From: an uncultured Clostridiaceae bacterium
Lineage (GTDB): Bacteria; Bacillota; Clostridia; DUPQ01
Assembly (NCBI GenBank): GCA_964563155.1
Contig: CAZLVL010000005.1
Span: forward strand, 7,367-71,366
DNA: 64,000 nucleotides
Direction of reading: 5' to 3'
This document shows positions 27,248 to 35,826 of the stretch, piece by piece. Each line of letters opens with the position of its first letter. Position 1 is the first letter of the stretch. The notes under the pieces are model-generated. The model was not told where the DNA came from. It made no database searches and was given only the letters and a program-made list of their open reading frames with translations. The position numbers and the translations under genes were made by a program.

Positions 27248-29269
27248 TTAACATTTAAGTTGTATTACAAGTAGTTTTGCATCTAAAGGCGGTATATTTG
27301 CATATATAATATTTTGGTCATGATTAATAATCTCAAAAGAGTCCTCTACCAATTGTTCCGCTTTTAATATTTCACAATCTCCAAGATACATATCCAGTTT
27401 TTCACAGCCATCAAGGGATGCATTGACTACATACAGTCCAATTCTGTCATTTGCTAGCTGGTAGTTATATATGGACATGTTGCGAGCATTCTTGACATAT
27501 ATTGCTTGACCAAGGTCCTTAAGGGCATTTTGTAATAGAGCTTGTCTTACTGGGTGATAATGAGAAGTTACATTTGCTTGAAAGTTTCCATAAGGAAGTA
27601 TAGCACATCTATCATTTGCACTAAGGGTCATTCCACTTCCCTGAACTTGATTTTTTGCATTGTAGACTTGTGAATAAATTCTTATGTCATCTTCATACTC
27701 TATCCTGTACCAGTCTCCTGAATTTACTTGTGCACTACAATGAGCCTTTTGAACTCCAGATACAACTGTATTGTCTGATACTTCTTCATAAGAAGCGATA
27801 GCAGTATTCATTTCAATCTTCTCTATACTCTTTATACCTACTAGATATCCAAGTCCCATATCCACAAGGGTATCTACAGCATCCCCTGTCATAAGAAGCT
27901 TGCAGTTATCAAAAAGTTTTTTAATTTCATCTACTTTACAGGACCTGAAAAACTGTCCAGATATTGCACAAACTCCTGAATCAGGAATTATATCCACTTT
28001 ATGCACAAAGGGTATGCCCATTATTCCAAATAGTCCGCTCCAAAAGGCCTCATCAGGATAGAGCTCTGTTATCCTGCGTCCTTCTAAAGTATGAATATAC
28101 CCTGCAGCTTTACTACTACTAAGCACCTGTACTCCTTTAGGTGGTGCTTCCAATACTCCAGTCCTATTCAAACTAATAACCCTATTTCTAACATCCTTTA
28201 GTACTTGAGGATTGTGTTCATCAATGAAAATTCCTCCTCCACCTACATCAAAAAGGTCAAATGTCATCCCAGTAAGTCTTAAGGGAGCTGCCCCTACAAT
28301 CTGAAATCTCATGAATGTATCTGATTTTATGAAACGAGAAAAAGTGAAGTTCTCCAATTCAGGCATTACAAGCGTATCTTTAGGAATCAAAGCCCTTACC
28401 AACATGGAAACAGCATTGAAGTTTTTCTGATAGGTACCTGGAGCAGTATCTGAATAGGCAGGTAAATGTATTCTGTTAATAGCTGTATTTTTCTTTCCAG
28501 AAAGTCCCCTAAGAATTCCTTCCCAATCTCTGCCTTCTGCATTGTGAGAATTTGGAGTAGAACTCATCAAGGCCACTTGTATACTAGGATTTACTTCATG
28601 GACCGCTAAACCTAGCATATTTGCTAATCCCACCATGGTTTCTCTGTGGACATCAAGCCATACTTTTCTGTATTTATGAGGAACACCTGGTTTTAGCATG
28701 GAGTTATAGAAGTCGGATCTGGAGAATTTTTCTCCTGCTAGGGTCTGATACTTATCCATGTGTAGTTTGCAAAAACATCCACCCCAATCCAAAGGACTGT
28801 GATTGTGTATTCTAAAATCATCTTCTACCCACAGTATATGGGGGTCTAATTCTTTTGCTATGGTGGAATAATTCCAGATTAACCATTTTCGAAATTCAGG
28901 ACACATTGGACAGCTTACAGCACTAGCTTGTTTGCCATGAAAATCTACCATCTTTGTGAAGTTCTGACCTGGTTTGAGTTCTCTTCCCCTGTCTCCGTGA
29001 AGTAATGTATTCCAAGGATTGACACTGAAGGTCAGCCCTGCCTCCAAAGTAGCTTTTTTGAGCATACGGCCTGCCTCAAGCCAGGGTTCCAATTCTTCTT
29101 TGGTATAAAAGCCATCATTTGCTTCTTCTCCCGCTATAAACATACATACGTCATCCATACCACTGAGCACTGCATATTCAACAACTGCCTCTACATCCTC
29201 TTTAGTATGTTTATCCGGTCTTATAGCTACCCGTAATGAAAAACACATATTATCCATTTTAAACCTCAC
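27248..29269 (-). CDS. Large uncharacterised protein (673 aa), possibly TIM-barrel sugar-active enzyme-like. Co-operonic with the GH172-like gene.
   Basis: Long ORF with AT-rich third-codon positions, 15 nt upstream of the GH172-like gene. No motif confidently recognised. Confidence 0.5.
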   Translation of the reverse strand: MRFKMDNMCFSLRVAIRPDKHTKEDVEAVVEYAVLSGMDDVCMFIAGEEANDGFYTKEELEPWLEAGRMLKKATLEAGLTFSVNPWNTLLHGDRGRELKPGQNFTKMVDFHGKQASAVSCPMCPEFRKWLIWNYSTIAKELDPHILWVEDDFRIHNHSPLDWGGCFCKLHMDKYQTLAGEKFSRSDFYNSMLKPGVPHKYRKVWLDVHRETMVGLANMLGLAVHEVNPSIQVALMSSTPNSHNAEGRDWEGILRGLSGKKNTAINRIHLPAYSDTAPGTYQKNFNAVSMLVRALIPKDTLVMPELENFTFSRFIKSDTFMRFQIVGAAPLRLTGMTFDLFDVGGGGIFIDEHNPQVLKDVRNRVISLNRTGVLEAPPKGVQVLSSSKAAGYIHTLEGRRITELYPDEAFWSGLFGIMGIPFVHKVDIIPDSGVCAISGQFFRSCKVDEIKKLFDNCKLLMTGDAVDTLVDMGLGYLVGIKSIEKIEMNTAIASYEEVSDNTVVSGVQKAHCSAQVNSGDWYRIEYEDDIRIYSQVYNAKNQVQGSGMTLSANDRCAILPYGNFQANVTSHYHPVRQALLQNALKDLGQAIYVKNARNMSIYNYQLANDRIGLYVVNASLDGCEKLDMYLGDCEILKAEQLVEDSFEIINHDQNIIYANIPPLDAKLLVIQLKC

Positions 29270-29394
29270 AAAAAGAAGTATTTACTGTTTACAAGATAAC
29301 ACAGGTCTTTATACCCTTCAATGGTAAGTATTATTATTCACTTATGTTTTTTGTTGTTTTATTATAATAATTTTCATATTGCATCTGATTAAAC

Positions 29395-29445
29395 AATTAG
29401 TAAAAAACCACCTACTGACAATCCTTTTATCAATAGATGGTTTTT
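29395..29445. repeat. Left copy of a ~48-nt imperfect direct repeat (hairpin plus T-tract) bounding the GC-richer island
   Basis: ttagtaaaaaaccacctactgacaatccttttatcaatagatggtttttg, about 87% identical to the copy at 35651-35702. Confidence 0.6.
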
Positions 29446-29509
29446 GCAAAATAAAAATAACAATGACTATCGAGATTTGTTTAATCCCATAGCTGTACTT
29501 TCATAAGTC

Positions 29510-29971
29510 TTAGGGTTTTAAGCGCAATCCATTGCGTAAACCTTTACCCATACCATGTCCGCCTTGGCCTTGGCCTTGACCCTTACCTTTACCAAATCCA
29601 GCACCCTTCATGCCGTAACCGGTTCCACTACCGTCGCAATTAGCCTGATTCACTTCCATTCTTGTAAGTATAGCGTCTGCTTGTTCTTGTGAAATTTTTC
29701 CATCTTCAACTTGGGCGTCCAATTTGTCCTTTTTTATTGCCAGCATTTCAGCCTTGAATTCATCGAATAAGCCAGCTTCTTTTGCGATGGTTCCATAACT
29801 TTTACCTGTTTCATTACTTTCTTGGATAATAGATTGTAAATCACGTTCTGTAAGCCCAGCAATGGCTTCATCGGGACTTGTATACTTAGAGGTGGCAAAT
29901 GCTGTAGCTGTCCCTATAGTTAACAAGAGAACCGCTACACCCACTAAAACTAACTTCTTTTTTGTTTTCAT
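29510..29971 (-). CDS. Secreted small protein with Gly/Lys-rich C-terminal tail
   Basis: Signal peptide MKTKKKLVLVGVAVLLLTIGTATAFA. C-terminus GYGMKGAGFGKGKGQGQGQGGHGMGKG. Noticeably higher G+C than neighbouring genes. Confidence 0.5.
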   Translation of the reverse strand: MKTKKKLVLVGVAVLLLTIGTATAFATSKYTSPDEAIAGLTERDLQSIIQESNETGKSYGTIAKEAGLFDEFKAEMLAIKKDKLDAQVEDGKISQEQADAILTRMEVNQANCDGSGTGYGMKGAGFGKGKGQGQGQGGHGMGKGLRNGLRLKP

Positions 29972-30149
29972 AATGATAACCTCCTTGTTTTTATTTTCAG
30001 CAATTTCTGCTCTTCTACTTATATTATAAATTTCAGTTATGGCGAAAGTGTGTTTTTATATTTCTTTTCTTGTGATAAAATGACTTTGGAAGCCATAAAA
30101 AAAACACATTTCACTACTATAATTCTGTATAAAGGAAGGAGCGATAGTC

Positions 30150-30836
30150 ATGCTGCGTATTTTGATTGCTGACGACAACAGACAGATTGTATCTGTACTG
30201 GAAGAATACGCTAAGAAGGAAGGCTTTTCCGTCACAACAGCTTTTGACGGACCAACTGCCCTAGATTTGGCGCGTTCTTCTGTCTTTGATATGATTTTGC
30301 TCGATGTAATGATGCCTGGTATGGACGGCTTTGAGGTCTGCCGAGAAATTCGCAGACAGAGTAACGTGCCCATCATTATGATAACAGCTCGTGGTGAAGA
30401 TTTTGAACGTATCATGGGCTTGGACATAGGAGCAGATGATTATATTGTCAAACCCTTCTCTCCAGGAGAAGTAATGGCACGCATCCGTGCCATTTTGCGT
30501 CGCATTCAGGGAGAAGACAATACAAAAACGCAGGTTTTTACTTATGAAAGCTTGATGATTAATCTTGATGAATACACCACCAAGATTGGAGATGTTCGTA
30601 TTTCTTTAACTAAAAAAGAAACAGAAATTTTATGGACACTGGCTACAAATAAAAACAAGGTATTTTCCCGAGACAACCTACTCAATAGTTTGTGGGGATT
30701 CGACTACTATGGTGATACTCGCACAGTAGATTCCCATATTAAACGATTGCGCGCCAAGTTGGACGAGGTTCCCCATGATGGCTGGGAAATCAAAACCATT
30801 TGGGGTGTCGGCTATAAGTTTGAGGTAATGGTATGA
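30150..30836 (+). CDS. OmpR-family two-component response regulator
   Basis: Receiver domain (DD...D...K pattern, ILIADDN...LLDVMMPGMDG) plus a winged-helix trans_reg_C domain. Overlaps the kinase gene by 4 nt. Confidence 0.9.
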   Translation: MLRILIADDNRQIVSVLEEYAKKEGFSVTTAFDGPTALDLARSSVFDMILLDVMMPGMDGFEVCREIRRQSNVPIIMITARGEDFERIMGLDIGADDYIVKPFSPGEVMARIRAILRRIQGEDNTKTQVFTYESLMINLDEYTTKIGDVRISLTKKETEILWTLATNKNKVFSRDNLLNSLWGFDYYGDTRTVDSHIKRLRAKLDEVPHDGWEIKTIWGVGYKFEVMV

Positions 30837-32311
30837 AAATAAAAATACATACTCGTCTTTTACTATATTTTTCAGGTTCTTTAATAATCTTTTCACTCAT
30901 TATAGGCCTTATTTTTTCCATGCTTTTTTCCCGACACAACAAGGATGTCCATAAAGCTGAATTAGAAAAACGTGCTGTAAATATTGCCCAGACACTGGCT
31001 GATTTCTGGATTGGAAGTCCAGAACAGGGCCAAGGTCACGGAATTACGAATCAGAGTATGGGTTATGGTGCATATCTCCGTTTTCTCGATGATATTGCAA
31101 TGACTGACGTTTGGGTTGTTAACCGTAATCTGAAACAGATTACCCGTGGGCGCGGACAGGAAGTTCTAGAATACAAAGATTTGCCACCTGGTGCAGAGGA
31201 AGTTATCATGGCAGCACTGGAAGGTAGCACCACATTTAGTGAAAGTTTTGGTGCCTTTTTAGGAGCACCTTCTATAACGGTAGCCGCGCCGATAAAACAA
31301 TCAAATGGTGAAATTGCAGGTGCTGTTCTTCTACATGAGCAAATGAATAAAATTCGGGGTGCTACTGATAGTGGCCTTGCCATTTTGCTGCTTAGTATGG
31401 GTACTGCCATTGTCTTTTCATTTTTTCTTGCAGGTGCATTAGCCAAACATTTTACAAAGCCTCTATCTCAAATGAAAACCGCTGCTACAAAAATTAGCCA
31501 AGGAGACTATATTACTAAGACCGGTGTTTGGCAAAGAGATGAAATCGGAGAGCTTGCTGGGGCCCTTGACGACATGGCAACCAAGCTAGATTTGGCATCA
31601 AAAGAGAGTGCCAAACTTGAAGCACTACGTCGGGGCTTTGTGGCAAACATCTCCCACGAACTTCGCACACCTGTAACGGTTATTCGTAGCTCATTAGAAG
31701 CTCTCAGCGATGGCGTAGTAACAGAGCCCCATATGGTCGAGGAATATCACAGGCAAATGCTCTTGGAAAGTGCCCATTTAGAGCGGCTAGTCTCCGACCT
31801 TTTAGAACTTACACGACTACAAAATCCTGACTTCATAATGGATATGACCGAGGTTAACCTATTAGAAACCACGAAAGATGCCGTACGAAGTATCCAACGC
31901 ATAGCTGACGGAAAAGAGGTTGAAATTCAGCTTTCTTATGAGGGTACAGGTTTTGTTATACTTGGAGATTATGGCAGGTTGCGGCAGATCTTAGTCATCC
32001 TATTAGATAATGCCGTTAAGTTTTCACCAAATAAAGGAAAGGTAGATATTTTTCTCACTTCTGACCAAAGCACAATCACATTGGCTATCCGTGACCAAGG
32101 TCCTGGTATACCACTAGAGGATCTACCACATATTTTTGAACGATTTTACAAGCAACGTTCGGAAGAAAATAAAAGTGGCACTGGACTTGGCCTTTCTATC
32201 GTTAAGCAGATTGCTGAAAGACACAATATCATTTTAGGAGTTAAAAACAGACAGGATAAAGGCTGTGAGTTTTCCTTGGTTATAAATAAATCTGACTCTC
32301 ATCTACAATAA
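30833..32311 (+). CDS. Sensor histidine kinase (two TM helices, HAMP, HisKA, HATPase)
   Basis: H-box ISHELRTP, N/G1/G2 boxes (LDNAVKF, DQGPGI, GTGLGLSIV). Confidence 0.9.
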   Translation: MKIKIHTRLLLYFSGSLIIFSLIIGLIFSMLFSRHNKDVHKAELEKRAVNIAQTLADFWIGSPEQGQGHGITNQSMGYGAYLRFLDDIAMTDVWVVNRNLKQITRGRGQEVLEYKDLPPGAEEVIMAALEGSTTFSESFGAFLGAPSITVAAPIKQSNGEIAGAVLLHEQMNKIRGATDSGLAILLLSMGTAIVFSFFLAGALAKHFTKPLSQMKTAATKISQGDYITKTGVWQRDEIGELAGALDDMATKLDLASKESAKLEALRRGFVANISHELRTPVTVIRSSLEALSDGVVTEPHMVEEYHRQMLLESAHLERLVSDLLELTRLQNPDFIMDMTEVNLLETTKDAVRSIQRIADGKEVEIQLSYEGTGFVILGDYGRLRQILVILLDNAVKFSPNKGKVDIFLTSDQSTITLAIRDQGPGIPLEDLPHIFERFYKQRSEENKSGTGLGLSIVKQIAERHNIILGVKNRQDKGCEFSLVINKSDSHLQ

Positions 32312-32443
32312 CATTTCTAGCAACTTTAATGGTATTTATCAGACAATTCTTAGTTTAAAAAAGCGATTCTTAACCGCTATCAATCTTTCAACATTAATTG
32401 TAGATTAGTTTGGATACAGAATAATCTATCCCAAGAAATATCA

Positions 32444-33121
32444 TTATTGTAATCCTTGTTCCAATATATAAATTTGCAGTAGTTCAATCGTCCTTGAATC
32501 GTATTTAATAAGTCCGTCCTCTCTCATCTTAGTCAGCTCTCTGGATAAGGATGTTCTTTGAACGCCGATTCTCTCTGCTAAGGCCTTTTTTGTCATAGTA
32601 AGCTGAATTATTTTCGAATTTTGCCTTTTATATTCATAATTTAGATAACTTATTAAGCTTTCACGGATTGTTCTATTTACATAGTGCTTAATCCTATCTC
32701 CAAGAATAACTACATGGTCAGCAACATATCCAAGATAGTTTTTTAGAAAATCTTGATTTTTCGAAAATATAAATAAAAGCAAATCTTTGTTTATTTCTAA
32801 AATTATAGTTGTATCTTTAGCTGTGACAGTCATTGGGTAACGTGGGTTTTTTGAAAACATTAAATTGCCCCCAAGAAGATCACCAGCAAAAGACTCGGCT
32901 ATTGTCATAAGATTACCAGACTCATCGATATGCTCGATAACTACTTTACCAGAAAGGATTATGTCAAGTGTCGTGCAAACTTCTCCTGCAAAATGAACAA
33001 TATTATTTTTCCTATACTGGCTTATTCTGAAATGGCCTTCAACCAAATATGAATCAATATCTTGAGAATCTATTGATTTTATGAGGTCTATGCTTTTTAT
33101 CAATTCCAAATGTTTTTTCAC
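32444..33121 (-). CDS. Crp/Fnr-family transcriptional regulator
   Basis: cNMP-binding-like beta-roll and a C-terminal HTH KALAERIGVQRTSLSRELTKM. N-terminal tandem LIKSID LIKSID repeat. Confidence 0.8.
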   Translation of the reverse strand: MKKHLELIKSIDLIKSIDSQDIDSYLVEGHFRISQYRKNNIVHFAGEVCTTLDIILSGKVVIEHIDESGNLMTIAESFAGDLLGGNLMFSKNPRYPMTVTAKDTTIILEINKDLLLFIFSKNQDFLKNYLGYVADHVVILGDRIKHYVNRTIRESLISYLNYEYKRQNSKIIQLTMTKKALAERIGVQRTSLSRELTKMREDGLIKYDSRTIELLQIYILEQGLQ

Positions 33122-33208
33122 AATTATCCCATATTAGTTACATCGGTAACACTTTTTTTTGTATATTAACATTATAATTAATACAAATCAATAGGAGGAA
33201 AATTTAAT

Positions 33209-33838
33209 ATGAAATACATCATAAATGGCATCCGTGTATTTTTTCTAGCACTTTTCATATTTTTGCTTGTGAAGGGGAAAGTTATGCTGTGGCTGATATT
33301 GTACGGCCTAAGTTTACTTGTAGCACTGATATTTGGCAGGGTTTATTGCGGATATGTCTGTCCAATGAACACTTTGATGCTGCCTACTGCCTGGCTATCA
33401 AAAAAACTGAAACTCCAAACATCAAAAGCTCCTAAGTGGTTGAAAAACGGATATTTTACATGGATAGCCCTAGGTGTCAGCGTAGCGGTTATGGCCTTAT
33501 CTAGAATATTATTGCAAATAAATGTGCCGGTTCTGCCCTTCTGGCTGGCTATATCCATACTGGTTACACTTAGGTATAAACCAGAGGTTTTCCACAATCT
33601 CCTTTGCCCTTTTGGCTCTTTACAAAGGATTTTTGGACGCTTTGCTAGATTTTCTGAAAAGGTAGATAAAAATGCCTGTATTGGCTGTAAGCTATGTGAA
33701 AGAGACTGCCCCTCACATGCTATTGTAGTTTCTTCTGAGAATAAAAAGGCTGAGATAACCACTGCTTTATGCTTTCAATGCACAAATTGTCAACAGGTTT
33801 GTCCTACAAATGCCATTAGTTATACCAAGAAGACTTAA
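33209..33838 (+). CDS. Membrane-bound 4Fe-4S binding protein (NapH/MauN/NosR-type CGYVCP family)
   Basis: TM helices with the RVYCGYVCP motif. C-terminal two-cluster ferredoxin motifs CIGCKLCERDCP and CFQCTNCQQVCP. Confidence 0.7.
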   Translation: MKYIINGIRVFFLALFIFLLVKGKVMLWLILYGLSLLVALIFGRVYCGYVCPMNTLMLPTAWLSKKLKLQTSKAPKWLKNGYFTWIALGVSVAVMALSRILLQINVPVLPFWLAISILVTLRYKPEVFHNLLCPFGSLQRIFGRFARFSEKVDKNACIGCKLCERDCPSHAIVVSSENKKAEITTALCFQCTNCQQVCPTNAISYTKKT

Positions 33839-34075
33839 CAAAACATCAAGTCTCCATTAGTGAATAGCTCACGCCTTCTATCTTTAACTCAACAAGCAAT
33901 AAGGCTTAAAGTTTCGTTATATCATAGGTTACTAGGTAATTGATTACCAAGAAGATAGTTTGTCCCATTCACCTCACCATCCTTTAAAACCATAATAATG
34001 TTGGGATAATAAAGAGAGAAGTAACTCCTTGTTGCTGTGGTAATTATCCTTAGACAATATGGATTACCTTTTGAA

Positions 34076-34715
34076 TCAAAACTTAAACTTCATGCAAATA
34101 GTATTAAATACATCAGCTACAGAACTGCCATTTTCAACAAATAGCCCTAGTTCACCTTTGGCAAAAAATTCTCTTCCAGCACTCACACCTTGCGGACAAT
34201 CTTGAGCCATCTTTGAGATAATATTTTCATGATTAGAAAGTGCATTTTGAAGCTCATAATATGTAGATAATGTTATCTGCACTGCTTCCAATTGTTTATG
34301 AGGACCCTCAATTATTATGTTTTTAGATTTCACATAATCACTGTGCTCATTGTATTGAGCTGCACCTGCATATCCATCTCGTGCAGCGTATTTAAAATGA
34401 CGGATATTTCCCATAACAATTGCACCAAAGCACAATATACAGGGTGTAAGAACGTATATTTGGATGCTCTTTGCGCTTTAGCTTCACAATAGCATTTATT
34501 TCAGCATGGGCAAGACTACTGCCAAAGATTACAGAAGAATCTGTCTCTTCAACATATATCATATTTTGTCCTGATGAAACAAGCTCCCCTCTTTCATTTA
34601 TAATTGCTGCTCCAACAGGGATTGTTCCAGAACAAAAAGCCTCCCATGCCTTGCTAAAAGCCATTTGCCATCCGTATTCAAGTTCATTCCAGACCATCTT
34701 TTTACCTCCATACAA
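34076..34715 (-). pseudogene. Cytidine/deoxycytidylate deaminase-family gene (guanine deaminase/TadA-like) disrupted by a frameshift
   Basis: The upstream ORF carries the HAEINAI zinc motif. The PC(I/L)xC zinc motif (TPCILCFGAIV) continues in another frame. The frame break lies near 34455-34465. Confidence 0.65.
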
Positions 34716-34814
34716 ATTGTATACCGAAAAACTTAGTAAAAATAAATAGTTTTTAGGGTTATAATCGAAAACTAATAATATATGACCACTTCTATCCCAT
34801 ATTAATAGGCTGTA

Positions 34815-34847
34815 CTAAAAAGGAAGATTGTTGCCTTCCTCTTTTCA
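34815..34847. terminator. Bidirectional terminator-like hairpin
   Basis: aaaa-aggaagattgttgccttcct-cttttc. Confidence 0.5.
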
Positions 34848-34930
34848 ACTGACATCCATATATAGGCAAGTTATTATCCAGATGTTAGTAGAAAATGTAT
34901 GACAAATTCTGCTTAGAATTAGTGGCATTA

Positions 34931-34959
34931 TTGACAAATACACCCAGTGAGTGTATTCT
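34931..34959 (+). promoter_or_regulatory. sigma-A type promoter of the HTH gene
   Basis: TTGACA, 17-nt spacer, TATTCT. RBS GAGGTGA, then ATG at 34978. Confidence 0.5.
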
Positions 34960-34977
34960 ATTTATGAGGTGATAAAA

Positions 34978-35640
34978 ATGAATATACGTGAAATGAGAAC
35001 ACGACTGGGTGAAACACAAAGCGACTTTGCAATGAGATATGGAATACCCTTTCGCACAATTCAGAATTGGGAAACAGGTGTACGCAAGCCACCTGAATAT
35101 ATTATGAATCTGTTAAAAGACCGTGTACAAAGAGACCTTGTTAACCGAAGGACAACCACATTGCCAAAGTATAATGAGCAAAAGGAAAACCTTCCAAAGA
35201 GAAGTGATTATGTTGGCGCTATTTCTTGGCTAAAGGCAGTTCGTGATTGTATTGGTGAATCTCTTGTTTTTGCCTTGGATGAAGCTCTCATGTGTCAAGG
35301 CTACTTTGGAGGACGAAGTGATGAGTATATTGTGTGGATTTACGGTGATGATTCACTATCCCGATTTAACGGTGTAGTTGTACTTGGAAATAATATAAGT
35401 TCATACAGTGTTAAAGAAAAGAATGGACTGCAATTTACCAATTTTAATAGAACCATAGCTGACGCACTTGCAAATGAAGCAATCTTAGATATGCAGGGTA
35501 TTACAGAAGCAATCAGCTCCTATTATTACCGTAACGGAGAAAGCCTAGAAGGCATTTCTCTTGTACCAGAGTATCAGGAAAGATTTGAAAAGCTAGTGAA
35601 TGAAGCAATTGAATATTATGAGGATAAAGGAGTGCTTTAA
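34978..35640 (+). CDS. XRE-family HTH domain protein with an uncharacterised ~160 aa C-terminal domain
   Basis: N-terminal HTH MRTRLGETQSDFAMRYGIPFRTIQNWETG. The ORF-track start at 34951 lies inside the promoter, so the ATG at 34978 (which has an RBS) was preferred. Confidence 0.65.
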   Translation: MNIREMRTRLGETQSDFAMRYGIPFRTIQNWETGVRKPPEYIMNLLKDRVQRDLVNRRTTTLPKYNEQKENLPKRSDYVGAISWLKAVRDCIGESLVFALDEALMCQGYFGGRSDEYIVWIYGDDSLSRFNGVVVLGNNISSYSVKEKNGLQFTNFNRTIADALANEAILDMQGITEAISSYYYRNGESLEGISLVPEYQERFEKLVNEAIEYYEDKGVL

Positions 35641-35650
35641 ATCATTTGTT

Positions 35651-35702
35651 TTAGTATAAAAAAACCACCTATCGATAATCCTTTATCAACAGATGGTATT
35701 TG
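35651..35702. repeat. Right copy of the ~48-nt imperfect direct repeat (hairpin plus T-tract), abutting the tRNA-Leu 3' end
   Basis: ttagtataaaaaaaccacctatcgataatcctttatcaacagatggtatttg. Also a plausible terminator for the HTH gene. Confidence 0.6.
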
Positions 35703-35704
35703 TT

Positions 35705-35785
35705 TGGTGCGGATGACAGGAATCGAACCTGCACGTTTCCACTAGATCCTAAGTCTAGCGCGTCTGCCAGTTCCGCCACATCCGC
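35705..35785 (-). tRNA. tRNA-Leu (anticodon UAG), CCA-encoded, long variable arm
   Basis: Hand-folded: acceptor GCGGATG/CATCCGC, anticodon stem CTAGA/TCTAG with loop CTTAGGA, T-loop GGTTCGATTCC, 81 nt. Confidence 0.85.
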
Positions 35786-35826
35786 AACATTAATGAGTAT
35801 AATTTAAGATATTTACTTTGTCAACA

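Noticed and set aside
30040-30110. Apparent long inverted repeat upstream of the response regulator gene
   Set aside because: The complementary segments are arranged 1-2-1'-2' rather than nested, so they do not form a simple hairpin. Likely coincidental A/T-rich complementarity.
30056-30427. 123-aa minus-strand ORF
   Set aside because: Antisense to the response-regulator gene and its promoter region. Arg/Ser-rich composition typical of antisense frames in GC-richer DNA.
31063-31446. 127-aa minus-strand ORF inside the histidine kinase gene
   Set aside because: Antisense frame with no RBS or motif. Product of locally higher GC.
33343-33762. 139-aa minus-strand ORF inside the membrane ferredoxin gene
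   Set aside because: Antisense to a well-supported CDS. No independent support.
29395-35785. Prophage or integrative conjugative element
   Set aside because: No integrase, recombinase, relaxase, terminase or capsid genes were found. Only the composition shift, flanking repeats and tRNA adjacency support mobility, so it is reported as an island remnant rather than a defined mobile element.
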